DNA of 12,271 bases, taken from the IMG/VR virus record IMGVR_UViG_3300042430_003153; one strand, 5' to 3'. The notes under the pieces are model-generated. The model worked only from the letters and a program-made list of their open reading frames with translations, was not told the DNA's origin and ran no database searches. Shown here piece after piece: positions 1 to 7,624 of the stretch (its first letter is position 1; the number at the start of each line of letters is the position of its first letter). The translations under genes and the position numbers were made by a program. The stretch is from a virus (lineage: Duplodnaviria; Heunggongvirae; Uroviricota; Caudoviricetes).

Positions 1-1
1 A

Positions 2-271
2 AAAGGAGCTGAAGACAGACTTAATACTAATAAAGTATTTGTTGATTTTCCAGATATTGATAAACAAGCTTATCAAGAAGCTTGTCAATTTGTTAGCTAC
101 TATGGTGGGTCTTTCGACTTTTTTGATGAAAATATAGAAAAGGGTGGTGAAATGCCACTAACATCTGCAATTGAAATTGCGGGTAAATGGTATATAGTTG
201 GTGGTAATCGTAGAATGACTTATTATGTTTTAAGTGGAATAAATCCTACAATTTGGTTGATTAAACTATGA
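2..271 (+). CDS. 3' end of a ParB/sulfiredoxin-like domain protein (partial, runs in from the window edge)
   Basis: Not in the ORF track. Open frame from base 2 to TGA at 269-271, overlapping the next ATG (ATGA). Translation ends ...EMPLTSAIEIAGKWYIVGGNRRMTYYVLSGINPTIWLIKL, resembling the ParB/Srx P-x-x-x...G-x-Y-x-h-h-x-G-N/H-R-R motif. Confidence 0.55.
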   Translation, partial: KGAEDRLNTNKVFVDFPDIDKQAYQEACQFVSYYGGSFDFFDENIEKGGEMPLTSAIEIAGKWYIVGGNRRMTYYVLSGINPTIWLIKL

Positions 272-954
272 AAGTAATAAATCTAATTGACGAAATTAAT
301 AGAAGTGAGTGGTTGGTTAGATTTTATGATGAATTGCTTGTTCCTAATTTTTCACAATTTCCAGAAGAGCTTGATACTTTAGATACTTTTTATTACGCTC
401 TCAACAGTAAATCAGTTTACCCTTATACTTTACACATTACTTTATTAATAGAAGATGATAAAATCTTAGCAGGTTGTTCTTATGAATATTATCCTAAAAG
501 TCAATCTGCATTATTAACTTACATAGTTGTGAGTGAATTGGCTAAAGGTAGAGGATTGTCAAAGATACTTATGTCGGAAATTCAAAGTCAATTAAAAATT
601 AACCATGAAAACATAAAGGCACTATTTGCTGAATCAAATTCAGATAAAGTTGATGAGTCTAAAGATGTTATGAATCCAAAATTAAGAAGACAGATTTTAA
701 ATAGATTAGGATTTTTTTATTTAGATTTCGATTATATACAACCTCCTTTATCAAAAGAATCTGATAAATGTAAAGATTTATTATTATCAGTTCATAAAGA
801 TTATTTAATATCAGATAAAATAAAAAGTCATATTTTGATAGATTGGTTAGAAGAATTCTGGGAAACTCTTTCTGACTTAAAAGATTTAGATTGGATAAAG
901 ACTAAAGAAAAGTTAGAATTATCAAAATTTGTCAATGTTATAAATAATATATAA
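268..954 (+). CDS. GNAT-family N-acetyltransferase
   Basis: Beta-strand YEYY followed by LLTYIVVSELAKGRGLSKIL (acetyl-CoA-binding motif A, x-x-G-x-G), then LNRLGF and YIQPPL, typical of GNAT C-terminal halves. ATGA-coupled to the upstream gene. Confidence 0.8.
   Translation: MKVINLIDEINRSEWLVRFYDELLVPNFSQFPEELDTLDTFYYALNSKSVYPYTLHITLLIEDDKILAGCSYEYYPKSQSALLTYIVVSELAKGRGLSKILMSEIQSQLKINHENIKALFAESNSDKVDESKDVMNPKLRRQILNRLGFFYLDFDYIQPPLSKESDKCKDLLLSVHKDYLISDKIKSHILIDWLEEFWETLSDLKDLDWIKTKEKLELSKFVNVINNI
945..953 (+). promoter_or_regulatory. TAATATATA motif (putative phage late promoter or initiation signal)
   Basis: Exact 9-mer ending 4 nt before the ATG at 958; recurs at four other gene starts. 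Confidence 0.65.
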
Positions 955-957
955 CAT

Positions 958-1722
958 ATGAAATATTTAAAACTATTTGAGGCATTTGTTAATGATGTTA
1001 AATTTTATAGATTTTCTAAAGAAGATTTTTTAGACGGACAAGATGAATCTACTTATCAACCAAAGTCAAGACAGACTTGGGGTTATCCTCAGTTTAATGA
1101 GTATCTTGTTAATTTAGGATTTCCTGATAGAACTAAATGTATTCATTTTATGGATAACATGGCTTTCAATAGCGGAGAGTTAGATAATTACAAAAACCTA
1201 TATGGTCGATGGATATATGAAATAGAAGTTGATGAGAACTCAAATTTAGGTTGGTCATTTTGTCTTGTAGTAAATGATTGGTATTTTCATTATTATCTTC
1301 ATAAGTTGGATGGGAATCCAGTAGTCGAAGATGTTAGAAATTACGTTAGTTCTTTAGAAACACAAGATGAGCAAGAAATTACTAATCTAAGAATTGATTA
1401 TGTTATTGAAAGAGGTATAATTGGAACTGGAACTTTACAAGATTTAAAGAACTCACCGTTTTATGGAAAACAACCGGTCTTTGTTTGGACTACGGATGAT
1501 GTAAAAATGAAAGTTATTGATAGTCCAAAAAAGATATCTAAAGATCCTAAATCTTATAAAAATGAACCAGTAATTAATAGTGAAGATTTTTTAAGTAGAG
1601 GTATTCAAAGTAAAGAAATTGGACAGTTTTATCAATCTGAATTTGGTAAAACTTTAAAAAGAGAACAACTTGGAAGAGAAGAAGCTCTTAGACTATTAGA
1701 TGAATGGGTAAAAACAAGATGA
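958..1722 (+). CDS. Hypothetical phage protein with MKYLKLFE leader
   Basis: 254-aa ORF with a clean start and stop overlapping the next ATG; no recognisable family beyond the shared leader. Confidence 0.8.
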   Translation: MKYLKLFEAFVNDVKFYRFSKEDFLDGQDESTYQPKSRQTWGYPQFNEYLVNLGFPDRTKCIHFMDNMAFNSGELDNYKNLYGRWIYEIEVDENSNLGWSFCLVVNDWYFHYYLHKLDGNPVVEDVRNYVSSLETQDEQEITNLRIDYVIERGIIGTGTLQDLKNSPFYGKQPVFVWTTDDVKMKVIDSPKKISKDPKSYKNEPVINSEDFLSRGIQSKEIGQFYQSEFGKTLKREQLGREEALRLLDEWVKTR

Positions 1723-2495
1723 GATATTTAAAAAAATATAAATTATTTGAAGCCAGTTGGTATGATATAAAAGATCATATCGATGTGCTTTCAGATATGT
1801 CTATGTATTTATGGGATAAAGAGTTTAATGTTCAAGTTGCTGATGAGATTATAAGTAGAGAGCATCAGTGTATCGTTGTTAATATAGTTAAAAAAGGTTC
1901 TAATAAATTTACTTATACAGAGATAAAACAAGAGTTATTAGAAATGGTCGGGTATATGGATAGAGAAGGTTGGGAAATTTTAAATATGGAATTTACTCAT
2001 ATTGCAGCCGGTCCTCTTTATTGTAAATTAGATGGTGATAAATTAGTAACTATATCGGGAGAAGAAATCGACTATCAATTTGACCAACTGCTAGTTAAGT
2101 TTGTTGAAAAAGATATTACTCAGTTTGAAGAAGACAAGGCTTTTATTTCTGACACACTTTTAGAATTGCAGGATAGAGGATTTAAAATTAGAATTGGACA
2201 TGATGGAATTGCTCGTAGTTTTTCAATAACTGAACCGATGCCTATCTTTATAATTGATAGTTTTAAATTTCGTGTTGGTGGTCGAGTATATTTCAAATTT
2301 TCAGATGTAAAAGATGAGCTTCTTCAGATTAAATCTTACTTAGGTGATAGATGGTTCAAATGTGGTGTTCTTTTTGAAGGTGATCCTAATAGAATAGAAG
2401 TTTATATAGATGAAAAAGATTATGATAATTTAGACGATTGGTTTCAAACTTCAACAACAGCAATCGTAAATTTGGCTGTATTTTTTAATATATAG
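1719..2495 (+). CDS. Hypothetical phage protein with two tandem copies of a ~60-70-aa domain; leader MRYLKKYKLFE
   Basis: Start moved from 1704 to 1719 because ATG 1719-1721 overlaps the upstream TGA (ATGA) and begins the shared leader. Internal repeats: VLSDMSMYLWDKEFNVQV / FISDTLLELQDRGFKIRI and FTYTEIKQELLEMVGYM / FKFSDVKDELLQIKSYL. Confidence 0.8.
   Translation: MRYLKKYKLFEASWYDIKDHIDVLSDMSMYLWDKEFNVQVADEIISREHQCIVVNIVKKGSNKFTYTEIKQELLEMVGYMDREGWEILNMEFTHIAAGPLYCKLDGDKLVTISGEEIDYQFDQLLVKFVEKDITQFEEDKAFISDTLLELQDRGFKIRIGHDGIARSFSITEPMPIFIIDSFKFRVGGRVYFKFSDVKDELLQIKSYLGDRWFKCGVLFEGDPNRIEVYIDEKDYDNLDDWFQTSTTAIVNLAVFFNI
2486..2494 (+). promoter_or_regulatory. TAATATATA motif (putative phage late promoter or initiation signal)
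   Basis: Exact 9-mer, preceded by a T-run, 4 nt before the ATG at 2499. Confidence 0.65.
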
Positions 2496-2498
2496 TTA

Positions 2499-3131
2499 AT
2501 GAAACATTTAAAATCATACAAATTATTTGAATCTCAAAATTTAGATTCTTTAGCAAATCAGTTCTTAGATGAATATTCTCATCAATATGATTTGAGATTA
2601 GGTAAACCTTTTGATAAAGAAAAGGCAAATTGTTCTTGGTTTACAAAAGAATTTTATAACTGGGCTAAATCAAAATCAATAGATGTTAAGATAGTTTATT
2701 TTGATTCAGATGTAGAAGCTCATATTGTTCCTATGATTGATGGACAAACTATTGACTTTTCAGTGAAACAATTTACAAAAAACCCCGATGATGATTATTT
2801 AATTCTAGCACCAGATGATTATTCTAAATGGGGATATTCAGAATATGAAATACTAGATGAATTCCCAGACTGGGCTACAGTGATGAGTGCTTCTAAATCA
2901 AAATGGTCAGAAATTGATAACAAACTTCAAAGAGAGTTTGAATTTGATGATTTTCAACAGGCTTTACAATTCATAAATGAAATTGCAGTAATATGTGAAT
3001 CTGAAAATCATCACCCTGAAATCAACTGGGTATATAATAAAATAATAATTAAATTATCGACTCATGATGCTGGAGATGTTATTACCGAGAAAGATATAAA
3101 ATTAGCAGAACTAATAGATGAAGTGGCTTAA
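2499..3131 (+). CDS. Fusion: N-terminal transglutaminase/papain-like Cys-His-Asp domain + C-terminal pterin-4a-carbinolamine dehydratase (PCD/PhhB-like) domain
   Basis: The C-terminal ~75 aa carry the PCD signature W..x..KLQREFEFDDF..A..F.N.IA...E..NHHPEI...YN.....LSTHDAG..T.KDI.LA..ID. The N-terminal part has NC45, H75 (EAHIVP) and D86 (IDFSVKQF) in triad order. PCD is well supported; the triad call is weaker. Confidence 0.75.
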   Translation: MKHLKSYKLFESQNLDSLANQFLDEYSHQYDLRLGKPFDKEKANCSWFTKEFYNWAKSKSIDVKIVYFDSDVEAHIVPMIDGQTIDFSVKQFTKNPDDDYLILAPDDYSKWGYSEYEILDEFPDWATVMSASKSKWSEIDNKLQREFEFDDFQQALQFINEIAVICESENHHPEINWVYNKIIIKLSTHDAGDVITEKDIKLAELIDEVA

Positions 3132-3882
3132 GACATATAAAATATTTGAAAATTATAATAAGTTTGGTTCTAAAACCATTACTGAATCTGAGTTTGATAA
3201 AATCAGAAAAGAGAATTGTAAAAACTGGACTAAAGTTGAAACTGAACTTTTTAGAGGTATGCCGGATTTAGGAGACTATGTTTTTGTAGATCCAAAATTA
3301 GGAGATTTTAGAAGTTCAATTGAAGACACAAATATACACTTAGAATTGATGTCTAATCTTCCAAGTTGGAAAGATTATCCAAGATATGATAGATGTGTTA
3401 TAGGTGGATCCCCTGGAGCTGTTGGATCTTATGGTGATGTTATTTATGAGATGATTCCATTTGATGGTGTTCAAATCAGTGTTTGTCCTTTTTCAACCAT
3501 CTGGGAATCATTTGGAAGTGACTTTGATGAATGGGGTGGTGATATTTATTTAGTTGAGTATTTTTTAGATGCTGTTGGATTAAATTCTGGTTGGATTCAA
3601 AGTGGTGGTGAAACACTTGAAACTAAATTAAAATCAATTGAATTTTTTGATTTAGAAAAAGAAGAAATTGATAATTTTATTATTGACTGTGCTTTATTTA
3701 CTAAAAAGAAAAAAGAAGAAATAACTGGTGAAGATTGTTATAACTTTATAAATGACTACATTTTTAACCCTGAAAAAAGAGGGTTTGAGTTAAAGACATA
3801 TGATGAAAATTTCAAAATAGAAAATAAAAAACAAATCTGGACAGAAGGTCCAGTTCTTTTAATTAAAGGAAAATTATCTTAA
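3118..3882 (+). CDS. Hypothetical phage protein, possible ADP-ribosyltransferase-like fold; leader MKWLKTYKIFE
   Basis: The ORF is solid. The fold guess rests on LFRG (first ART strand Arg) followed by CVIGGS...A..YG..IY, loosely matching R-S-E-clade ART order with a degenerate S-x-S. Confidence 0.45.
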   Translation: MKWLKTYKIFENYNKFGSKTITESEFDKIRKENCKNWTKVETELFRGMPDLGDYVFVDPKLGDFRSSIEDTNIHLELMSNLPSWKDYPRYDRCVIGGSPGAVGSYGDVIYEMIPFDGVQISVCPFSTIWESFGSDFDEWGGDIYLVEYFLDAVGLNSGWIQSGGETLETKLKSIEFFDLEKEEIDNFIIDCALFTKKKKEEITGEDCYNFINDYIFNPEKRGFELKTYDENFKIENKKQIWTEGPVLLIKGKLS

Positions 3883-4163
3883 AAGCTTCTGAAGTCTTTT
3901 ACACTACCGATATTTTGTAGAATAGGTGCCGTGTTTCTAAGACCAAATTTTGAATTAGGAATTGATATCTTAGTAAAGTCAATTTTATCATCCATTAATT
4001 CAGGGAACTCTCTAAAATAGTTTGTTAAAAAATCCATGTTTTCTTCTTCAGATTTATCTTTATTCCATAAATGAATTAGTCTAGTTTTATTCTTTTCAAT
4101 AAAATCTACAACATCTTTATTTACTACTGGATTCCAATTTTCAAATTGTTTTAAAAATTTCAT
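3879..4163 (-). CDS. Small hypothetical protein with MKFLKQFE leader
   Basis: 94 aa; its ATG overlaps the upstream TGA (4160-4163); carries the shared leader. Confidence 0.75.
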   Translation of the reverse strand: MKFLKQFENWNPVVNKDVVDFIEKNKTRLIHLWNKDKSEEENMDFLTNYFREFPELMDDKIDFTKISIPNSKFGLRNTAPILQNIGSVKDFRSF

Positions 4164-4699
4164 ATATAATTTAAAAGATTTAAGAGATAAGATATGTTTT
4201 TTGCATCATCAATTCCTCTATGATTAAATCCTGAAAACTCATAACCTAATTCAATTAGGGCATCTTTAGGATTCTTTGGGGCTTGTTTTGGATTATCTGT
4301 CTTTAATAATTTTTGAGCAAATAATTTTCTAACATTAATATGATTTACTGGAAGATTTATCTTTATATCGTATAACTCAGACATCTTTTCAAACATTTCT
4401 TTATCATAATCACCATAAGAAGCCCAAGTTGTATATCTAAGACTCGTCTTATTTAACTTATTATAAGCTAAATTATAATCATCTCCATTTTGTTCAATAT
4501 ATTCAGTAGTAAGTGATGTTAATTTAGTGCAAAAGTCATTGATTTTGGAATATACTGGTTTAATTAAAATACATTCATTAAACGTATTTTTTGTATCAGA
4601 AAGTCCAATTTCTATTATCTCACTTACTTTTTCAAGACAAGTAGACTCAACATCTATTACTAATATATTTTCAGAAAAATTTTTAAATCTTTGTATCAT
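4160..4699 (-). CDS. DEDDh 3'-5' exonuclease (RNase T / ERI1 / KapD-like)
   Basis: ExoI VIDVESTC, ExoII WASYGDYD, ExoIII HRGIDDAKNI. Start moved from 4723 to 4699 (MIQRFKNFSE), which lies 1 nt after the upstream TAA and gives the shared leader. Confidence 0.85.
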   Translation of the reverse strand: MIQRFKNFSENILVIDVESTCLEKVSEIIEIGLSDTKNTFNECILIKPVYSKINDFCTKLTSLTTEYIEQNGDDYNLAYNKLNKTSLRYTTWASYGDYDKEMFEKMSELYDIKINLPVNHINVRKLFAQKLLKTDNPKQAPKNPKDALIELGYEFSGFNHRGIDDAKNISYLLNLLNYI

Positions 4700-4700
4700 A

Positions 4701-5615
4701 TTATATTTTAAATCCAATTTCATCTACGGTCACTTTTTCAAGTGCGGTTTTTAGGTCTTGTCTTAGTTTCTCATCACCATAAGCCTTATTTTTAATAATA
4801 TCTTTTAATATGGTAAATACTTGAATGTAACCTTCTTTATCAAACATCTTATAGATAACATTTCCTTTACCCCAGTTCTGACTAACATATCCCGGTTCAA
4901 TCTCTGTTGAGTAAGCAGAGGATCTAAACTTTTTAATGAATCCTTCTTGATTATCAGCAGTCAATTTTTCAGAGTCTATCTTACTAATTTCGGCATATTT
5001 TGAATAAGCTAATTTCATATTTCTAACAATATCATTTTCGCTCTTATTATCTATTAATGATTGTTGTAATTTCTTTAAAGACACTTGAACAAACTTCTCA
5101 AATCCATAATATATTTTATTTTCCTCTGATTTTGTATCACCAATCTTCTTGTTATACATATACATAGTTTTTTCATAATCAGGTTTTTTGATCCAAGTAT
5201 CTGTTTTAACATCATATGCTGAGTCAGCACTATCTAGATTATCTCTTGTTTTAAAATTTAATTTAAATTGATAAGGTCTCTTATTGTGGTAGAATTTAGC
5301 ATCTAAGTTTTTCTCAATCCATTTATCAACTTGATGTAGATAGCTCTTTTCTGTATCTGGACTTACTACAACAGTTGTATCAATATCAGAATCATCACCA
5401 TATTGGAAAGTCACAGCGGCACCAACTAAATAATAATCATCTATCTTTAGGTTAAGAAAGTTTTTTTTGATGATTGCGATTCCTTCTTCAATTTTAGATT
5501 TAACTTCTTTCTTTATTTTACCATTTGGTTCAAAGATATCAGAATATGATTTAGAAGGAACATCTGTTATTGCTTCTTTTAATGATATATCAGAAAATTT
5601 TTTAATATACTTCAT
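4701..5615 (-). CDS. Pol-beta-superfamily nucleotidyltransferase-like phage protein
   Basis: YYLVGAAVTFQYGDDSDIDTTVVV fits hG[GS]-x10-D-h-D-h, with Ala in place of G/S. Later AYDVKTDTWIKKP and GNVIYKMFDKEGY segments are, from recall, typical of phage NTase-like proteins. Confidence 0.7.
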   Translation of the reverse strand: MKYIKKFSDISLKEAITDVPSKSYSDIFEPNGKIKKEVKSKIEEGIAIIKKNFLNLKIDDYYLVGAAVTFQYGDDSDIDTTVVVSPDTEKSYLHQVDKWIEKNLDAKFYHNKRPYQFKLNFKTRDNLDSADSAYDVKTDTWIKKPDYEKTMYMYNKKIGDTKSEENKIYYGFEKFVQVSLKKLQQSLIDNKSENDIVRNMKLAYSKYAEISKIDSEKLTADNQEGFIKKFRSSAYSTEIEPGYVSQNWGKGNVIYKMFDKEGYIQVFTILKDIIKNKAYGDEKLRQDLKTALEKVTVDEIGFKI

Positions 5616-5619
5616 ATCT

Positions 5620-5628
5620 TATATATTA
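5620..5628 (-). promoter_or_regulatory. TAATATATA motif (putative phage late promoter or initiation signal)
   Basis: The + strand TATATATTA is the exact motif on the - strand, 4 nt before the ATG at 5615. Confidence 0.65.
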
Positions 5629-5663
5629 AACTTTTTTTAATTAAATACTATAAAATAAGTGTT

Positions 5664-5688
5664 TGTCATTAAGACTGTCATTCTGTCA
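5664..5688 (+). repeat. Three TGTCA direct repeats upstream of dnaK (with an inverted TGACA at 5713-5717)
   Basis: TGTCA at 5664-5668, 5676-5680 and 5684-5688, read directly from the sequence. Confidence 0.55.
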
Positions 5689-5700
5689 GTAAAAACCCAA

Positions 5701-5716
5701 TGGCACAACATTTGAC
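5701..5716 (+). promoter_or_regulatory. Sigma54-like -24/-12 element upstream of dnaK
   Basis: TGGCACAACATTTGAC vs consensus TGGCACGNNNNTTGCW: TGGCAC and TTG are correctly spaced, but the conserved -12 C is replaced by A. It lies 27 nt before the ATG. Confidence 0.45.
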
Positions 5717-5743
5717 AATGTATAACTAAAAAATAAATAAAAT

Positions 5744-7624
5744 ATGGCAAAAGATGTAATTATCGGAATTGACTTGGGAACTACAAATTCGTGTGTTGCT
5801 GTGGTAGAAGGTGGCGAACCAATCGTTATCACAAACTCCGAAGGTAGAAGAACAACCCCGTCTGTAGTTGGTTTTACCGACAAAGACAGAAAAATTGGAG
5901 ATCCTGCTAAAAGACAAGCAGTAACAAATCCAACTAAAACAGTTTATTCTATTAAACGATTTATCGGAAAAGACTTTTCAGTTTGTAAAGACGAAGTAGG
6001 GAGAGTTCCTTATGTAGTAACCAATACTGGAACTAATGTCCCTGGTGTAAAAATCGATGATAGAGTTTACACACCACAAGAAATTTCAGCTATGATTCTT
6101 CAAAAGATGAAGAAAACCGCTGAAGACTATTTAGGATACGAAGTAAAAAGAGCGGTTATCACTGTTCCTGCTTACTTCGGAGATGCTGAAAGAACTGCTA
6201 CTATTGAAGCAGGTGAAATTGCTGGTCTTAAAGTAGAAAGAATTATCAACGAACCAACAGCTGCGGCACTGGCTTATGGTTTAGATAAGAAAAACACAGA
6301 TGCTAAAATCTTAGTATTTGACTGTGGTGGTGGAACACATGACGTTTCTGTTCTTGAAATTGGTGATGGTGTATTTGAAGTTAAATCTACTGATGGTGAT
6401 ACTCACTTAGGTGGTGACGACTTCGATAACGCAATCATCGAGTGGATGGTTAGTGAGTTTAAATCTGAAAATGATATTGATCTTTCTAAAGATCCAATGT
6501 CTCTTCAACGTTTGAAAGATGCAGCTGAGAAAGCAAAGATTGAATTATCTTCTACTTCTCAATCTGAAATCAACCTTCCTTACATTACAGCAAGAGATAA
6601 CATGCCTCTTCACTTTGTTAAATCTTTAACAAAGTCTCAGTTTGACCAAATGACGGTTAAACTTGTAGATAGAGCTGTGGCTTGTGCAAAAAGTGCCCTT
6701 AAAAATGCTGGTCTTAAACCATCTGACATTGATGAAGTAATCTTAGTCGGTGGTTCAACAAGAATTCCAGCAATTCAGGAGGCAGTAGAAAAGTATATTG
6801 GTAAGAAACCAAACAAATCAGTAAATCCTGATGAAGTAGTTGCTTTAGGAGCCGCTATTCAAGGAGCTGTTTTGACTGGTGGAATCACTGATGTTCTTCT
6901 TTTAGATGTAACTCCTCTTTCACTTGGTATTGAAACAATGGGTTCAGTTATGACTAAGTTGATTGAAGCTAATACAACAATTCCGACCCGTAAGTCTGAA
7001 ACGTTCTCAACAGCTTCTGATAATCAACCGTCTGTTGAAATTCACGTTTTACAAGGTGAAAGACCGATGGCTCGTGACAACCGATCACTTGGTCGTTTCC
7101 ACTTAGACGGAATCATGCCAGCTCCGAGAGGTGTCCCTCAAGTTGAAGTAACATTAGACATTGATGCCAACGGTATACTTTCAGTATCTGCTAAAGATAA
7201 AGCTACTGGTAAAGAAAATCAAATTCGTATTGAAGGTGGTTCTCAATTATCTAAAGAAGAAATTGAAAGAATGAAAGCAGAAGCTGAAGAAAACGCAGAA
7301 GCTGATGCTAAAGAAAGAGAAATGGTTGATAAGTTAAATACAGCAGACTCAATGATTTTCCAAACGGAAAAACAAATCAAAGAGTTTGATGAGAAATTAA
7401 CACCAGAAGATAAGACAACTTTAAATGAGAAGTTGGCTGATTTGAAATCTGCTCATTCTGAAAAGAATTTAGAAAAGATTGATGAATCAACAGCAAGTTT
7501 AAATGAAGCTTGGTCAGCTATCTCTACTAAGTTGTATCAACAAACTGAACAACCAACCGAATCAACTGATTCTGAATCCGGAACTGATGAAGTTCAAGAT
7601 GCAGACTTTGAAGAAGTTAAGTAA
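5744..7624 (+). CDS. dnaK: Molecular chaperone DnaK (Hsp70)
   Basis: [69 protein letters not shown], the [16 protein letters not shown] linker and a C-terminal DADFEEVK; 626 aa, full length. Confidence 0.99.
   Translation: MAKDVIIGIDLGTTNSCVAVVEGGEPIVITNSEGRRTTPSVVGFTDKDRKIGDPAKRQAVTNPTKTVYSIKRFIGKDFSVCKDEVGRVPYVVTNTGTNVPGVKIDDRVYTPQEISAMILQKMKKTAEDYLGYEVKRAVITVPAYFGDAERTATIEAGEIAGLKVERIINEPTAAALAYGLDKKNTDAKILVFDCGGGTHDVSVLEIGDGVFEVKSTDGDTHLGGDDFDNAIIEWMVSEFKSENDIDLSKDPMSLQRLKDAAEKAKIELSSTSQSEINLPYITARDNMPLHFVKSLTKSQFDQMTVKLVDRAVACAKSALKNAGLKPSDIDEVILVGGSTRIPAIQEAVEKYIGKKPNKSVNPDEVVALGAAIQGAVLTGGITDVLLLDVTPLSLGIETMGSVMTKLIEANTTIPTRKSETFSTASDNQPSVEIHVLQGERPMARDNRSLGRFHLDGIMPAPRGVPQVEVTLDIDANGILSVSAKDKATGKENQIRIEGGSQLSKEEIERMKAEAEENAEADAKEREMVDKLNTADSMIFQTEKQIKEFDEKLTPEDKTTLNEKLADLKSAHSEKNLEKIDESTASLNEAWSAISTKLYQQTEQPTESTDSESGTDEVQDADFEEVK

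Noticed and set aside
268-300. GNAT N-terminus (MKVINLIDE) as another leader
   Set aside because: Lacks the K-x-F/Y core and has no upstream TAATATATA; not counted.
1704-1718. Track starts at 1704, 4723, 7988 and 9764
   Set aside because: Downstream ATGs (1719, 4699, 7985, 9734) give stop/start coupling, the shared leader and/or the TAATATATA spacing, so the longer starts are probably artefacts.
2493-2495. Stop-codon recoding (as in some large phages)
   Set aside because: TAG (2493-2495, 8017-8019) and TGA (ATGA overlaps) both end genes at sensible boundaries, and no conserved gene, including dnaK, is interrupted.
4527-4754. 75-aa + strand ORF
   Set aside because: Antisense shadow of the exonuclease and NTase genes; no start context or motif.
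5712-5740. Sigma70 promoter using the perfect TTGACA at 5712-5717
   Set aside because: No good -10 hexamer at 16-18 nt spacing, and it would fall almost on the ATG; the hexamer is better explained as part of the TGTCA/sigma54-like element.
5686-5917. Two short - strand ORFs (5686-5883, 5726-5917)
   Set aside because: Antisense to the highly conserved dnaK 5' end; shadow frames.
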